From a virus (Duplodnaviria; Heunggongvirae; Uroviricota; Caudoviricetes): DNA of 64,000 nt. Shown here piece by piece: positions 63,674 through 64,000 of this stretch. The stretch's first letter is position 1; the number at the start of each line of letters is the position of its first letter. The stretch lies in the IMG/VR virus record IMGVR_UViG_3300032257_000005, positions 1 to 64,000 of that record; one strand, written 5' to 3'. The notes under the pieces were generated by a model, which worked only from the letters and a program-made list of their open reading frames with translations, ran no database searches and was not told the origin of the DNA. The position numbers and the translations under genes were made by a program.

Positions 63674-63972
63674 AACAATTCACATACAGGTGCTTTAACA
63701 AAACCTGATTTAATTCGCTTGCCTGTATCCTTAACAATACCTGCACTAATTAAAGCATCAAGCATACCTTCATTTTCACTGTAATCTTTAATAACAACTT
63801 CGTTATCATAAATTTCTTCTTGAACGTTAATAGTTGCAACAGCTATACGTTCACCAGTCGCTTTTTCATTTAGAACTAAAGCAGTTCTACCGTTATAATA
63901 AGTTTGACGTTCTATTACACAATCCCAATGTTTAAATATCATTTCAAATAACCTCCATTGATATGAAATCAT
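63670..63972 (-). CDS. hypothetical protein
   Basis: ORF with stop/start overlap to the SPOUT gene. Confidence 0.3.
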   Translation of the reverse strand: MISYQWRLFEMIFKHWDCVIERQTYYNGRTALVLNEKATGERIAVATINVQEEIYDNEVVIKDYSENEGMLDALISAGIVKDTGKRIKSGFVKAPVCELL

Positions 63973-64000
63973 TTTTAGATTTTTCTTTTATTTCATTTGC

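Overview
This 64 kb window is an AT-rich (roughly mid-30s % GC by eye), densely packed stretch of a large tailed-phage genome. There is no host-like housekeeping backbone and no integrase. The layout is as follows.

(i) 1-12.7 kb: a minus-strand block of small early-type genes. It includes an XRE-like HTH regulator, a DnaQ/PolB-exo-like 3'-5' exonuclease, an SSB-like protein with an acidic ...DDDISF tail, an RtcB RNA ligase and an HNH endonuclease.

(ii) ~12.7-12.8 kb: an AT-rich divergent promoter region.

(iii) 12.8-33.5 kb: about 70 short plus-strand genes, many overlapping at ATGA or TAATG junctions. Recognisable ones include a replication-organiser-like HTH protein, an SPFH/band-7 protein, a RuvC-like resolvase, PD-(D/E)xK-like nucleases, a ParB-N::DNA methyltransferase fusion, an ArfB/PrfH-like GGQ peptidyl-tRNA hydrolase and the small terminase subunit.

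(iv) 32.2-34.2 kb: a tRNA region with one clean tRNA-Glu(UUC), a non-canonical 99-nt tRNA-like gene and a 3' tRNA remnant.

(v) 34.3-58.6 kb: the morphogenesis module. It runs TerL, portal, a Mu-F/SPP1-gp7-like head protein carrying a mini-intein, scaffold and major capsid. A ~10 kb sugar-modification island follows. The island holds a GDP-mannose 4,6-dehydratase interrupted by a LAGLIDADG intein, SAM and FkbM methyltransferases, a sulfotransferase, a GT8 glycosyltransferase and three HNH homing endonucleases. After it come a 935-aa fibre with about 19 tandem His/Lys-rich 22-aa repeats and small tail/connector genes.

(vi) 58.7-64 kb: minus-strand genes including a class-I SAM methyltransferase and a SPOUT (TrmL/TrmH-like) RNA methyltransferase.

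Several conserved non-coding motifs recur: a left-end leader repeated 4x, a promoter plus 5'UTR cassette repeated 5x on the minus strand, and a GAATAGAAATG translation-initiation context on the plus strand.

The most unusual content is (a) what looks like a virion or host glycan modification system (6-deoxyhexose synthesis, methylation, sulfation) embedded between capsid and fibre genes and riddled with self-splicing and homing elements; and (b) a dispersed RNA-repair and ribosome-rescue toolkit (RtcB, GGQ hydrolase, SPOUT methyltransferase, tRNAs).

All calls come from reading the sequence and from remembered family signatures. No database search was possible.
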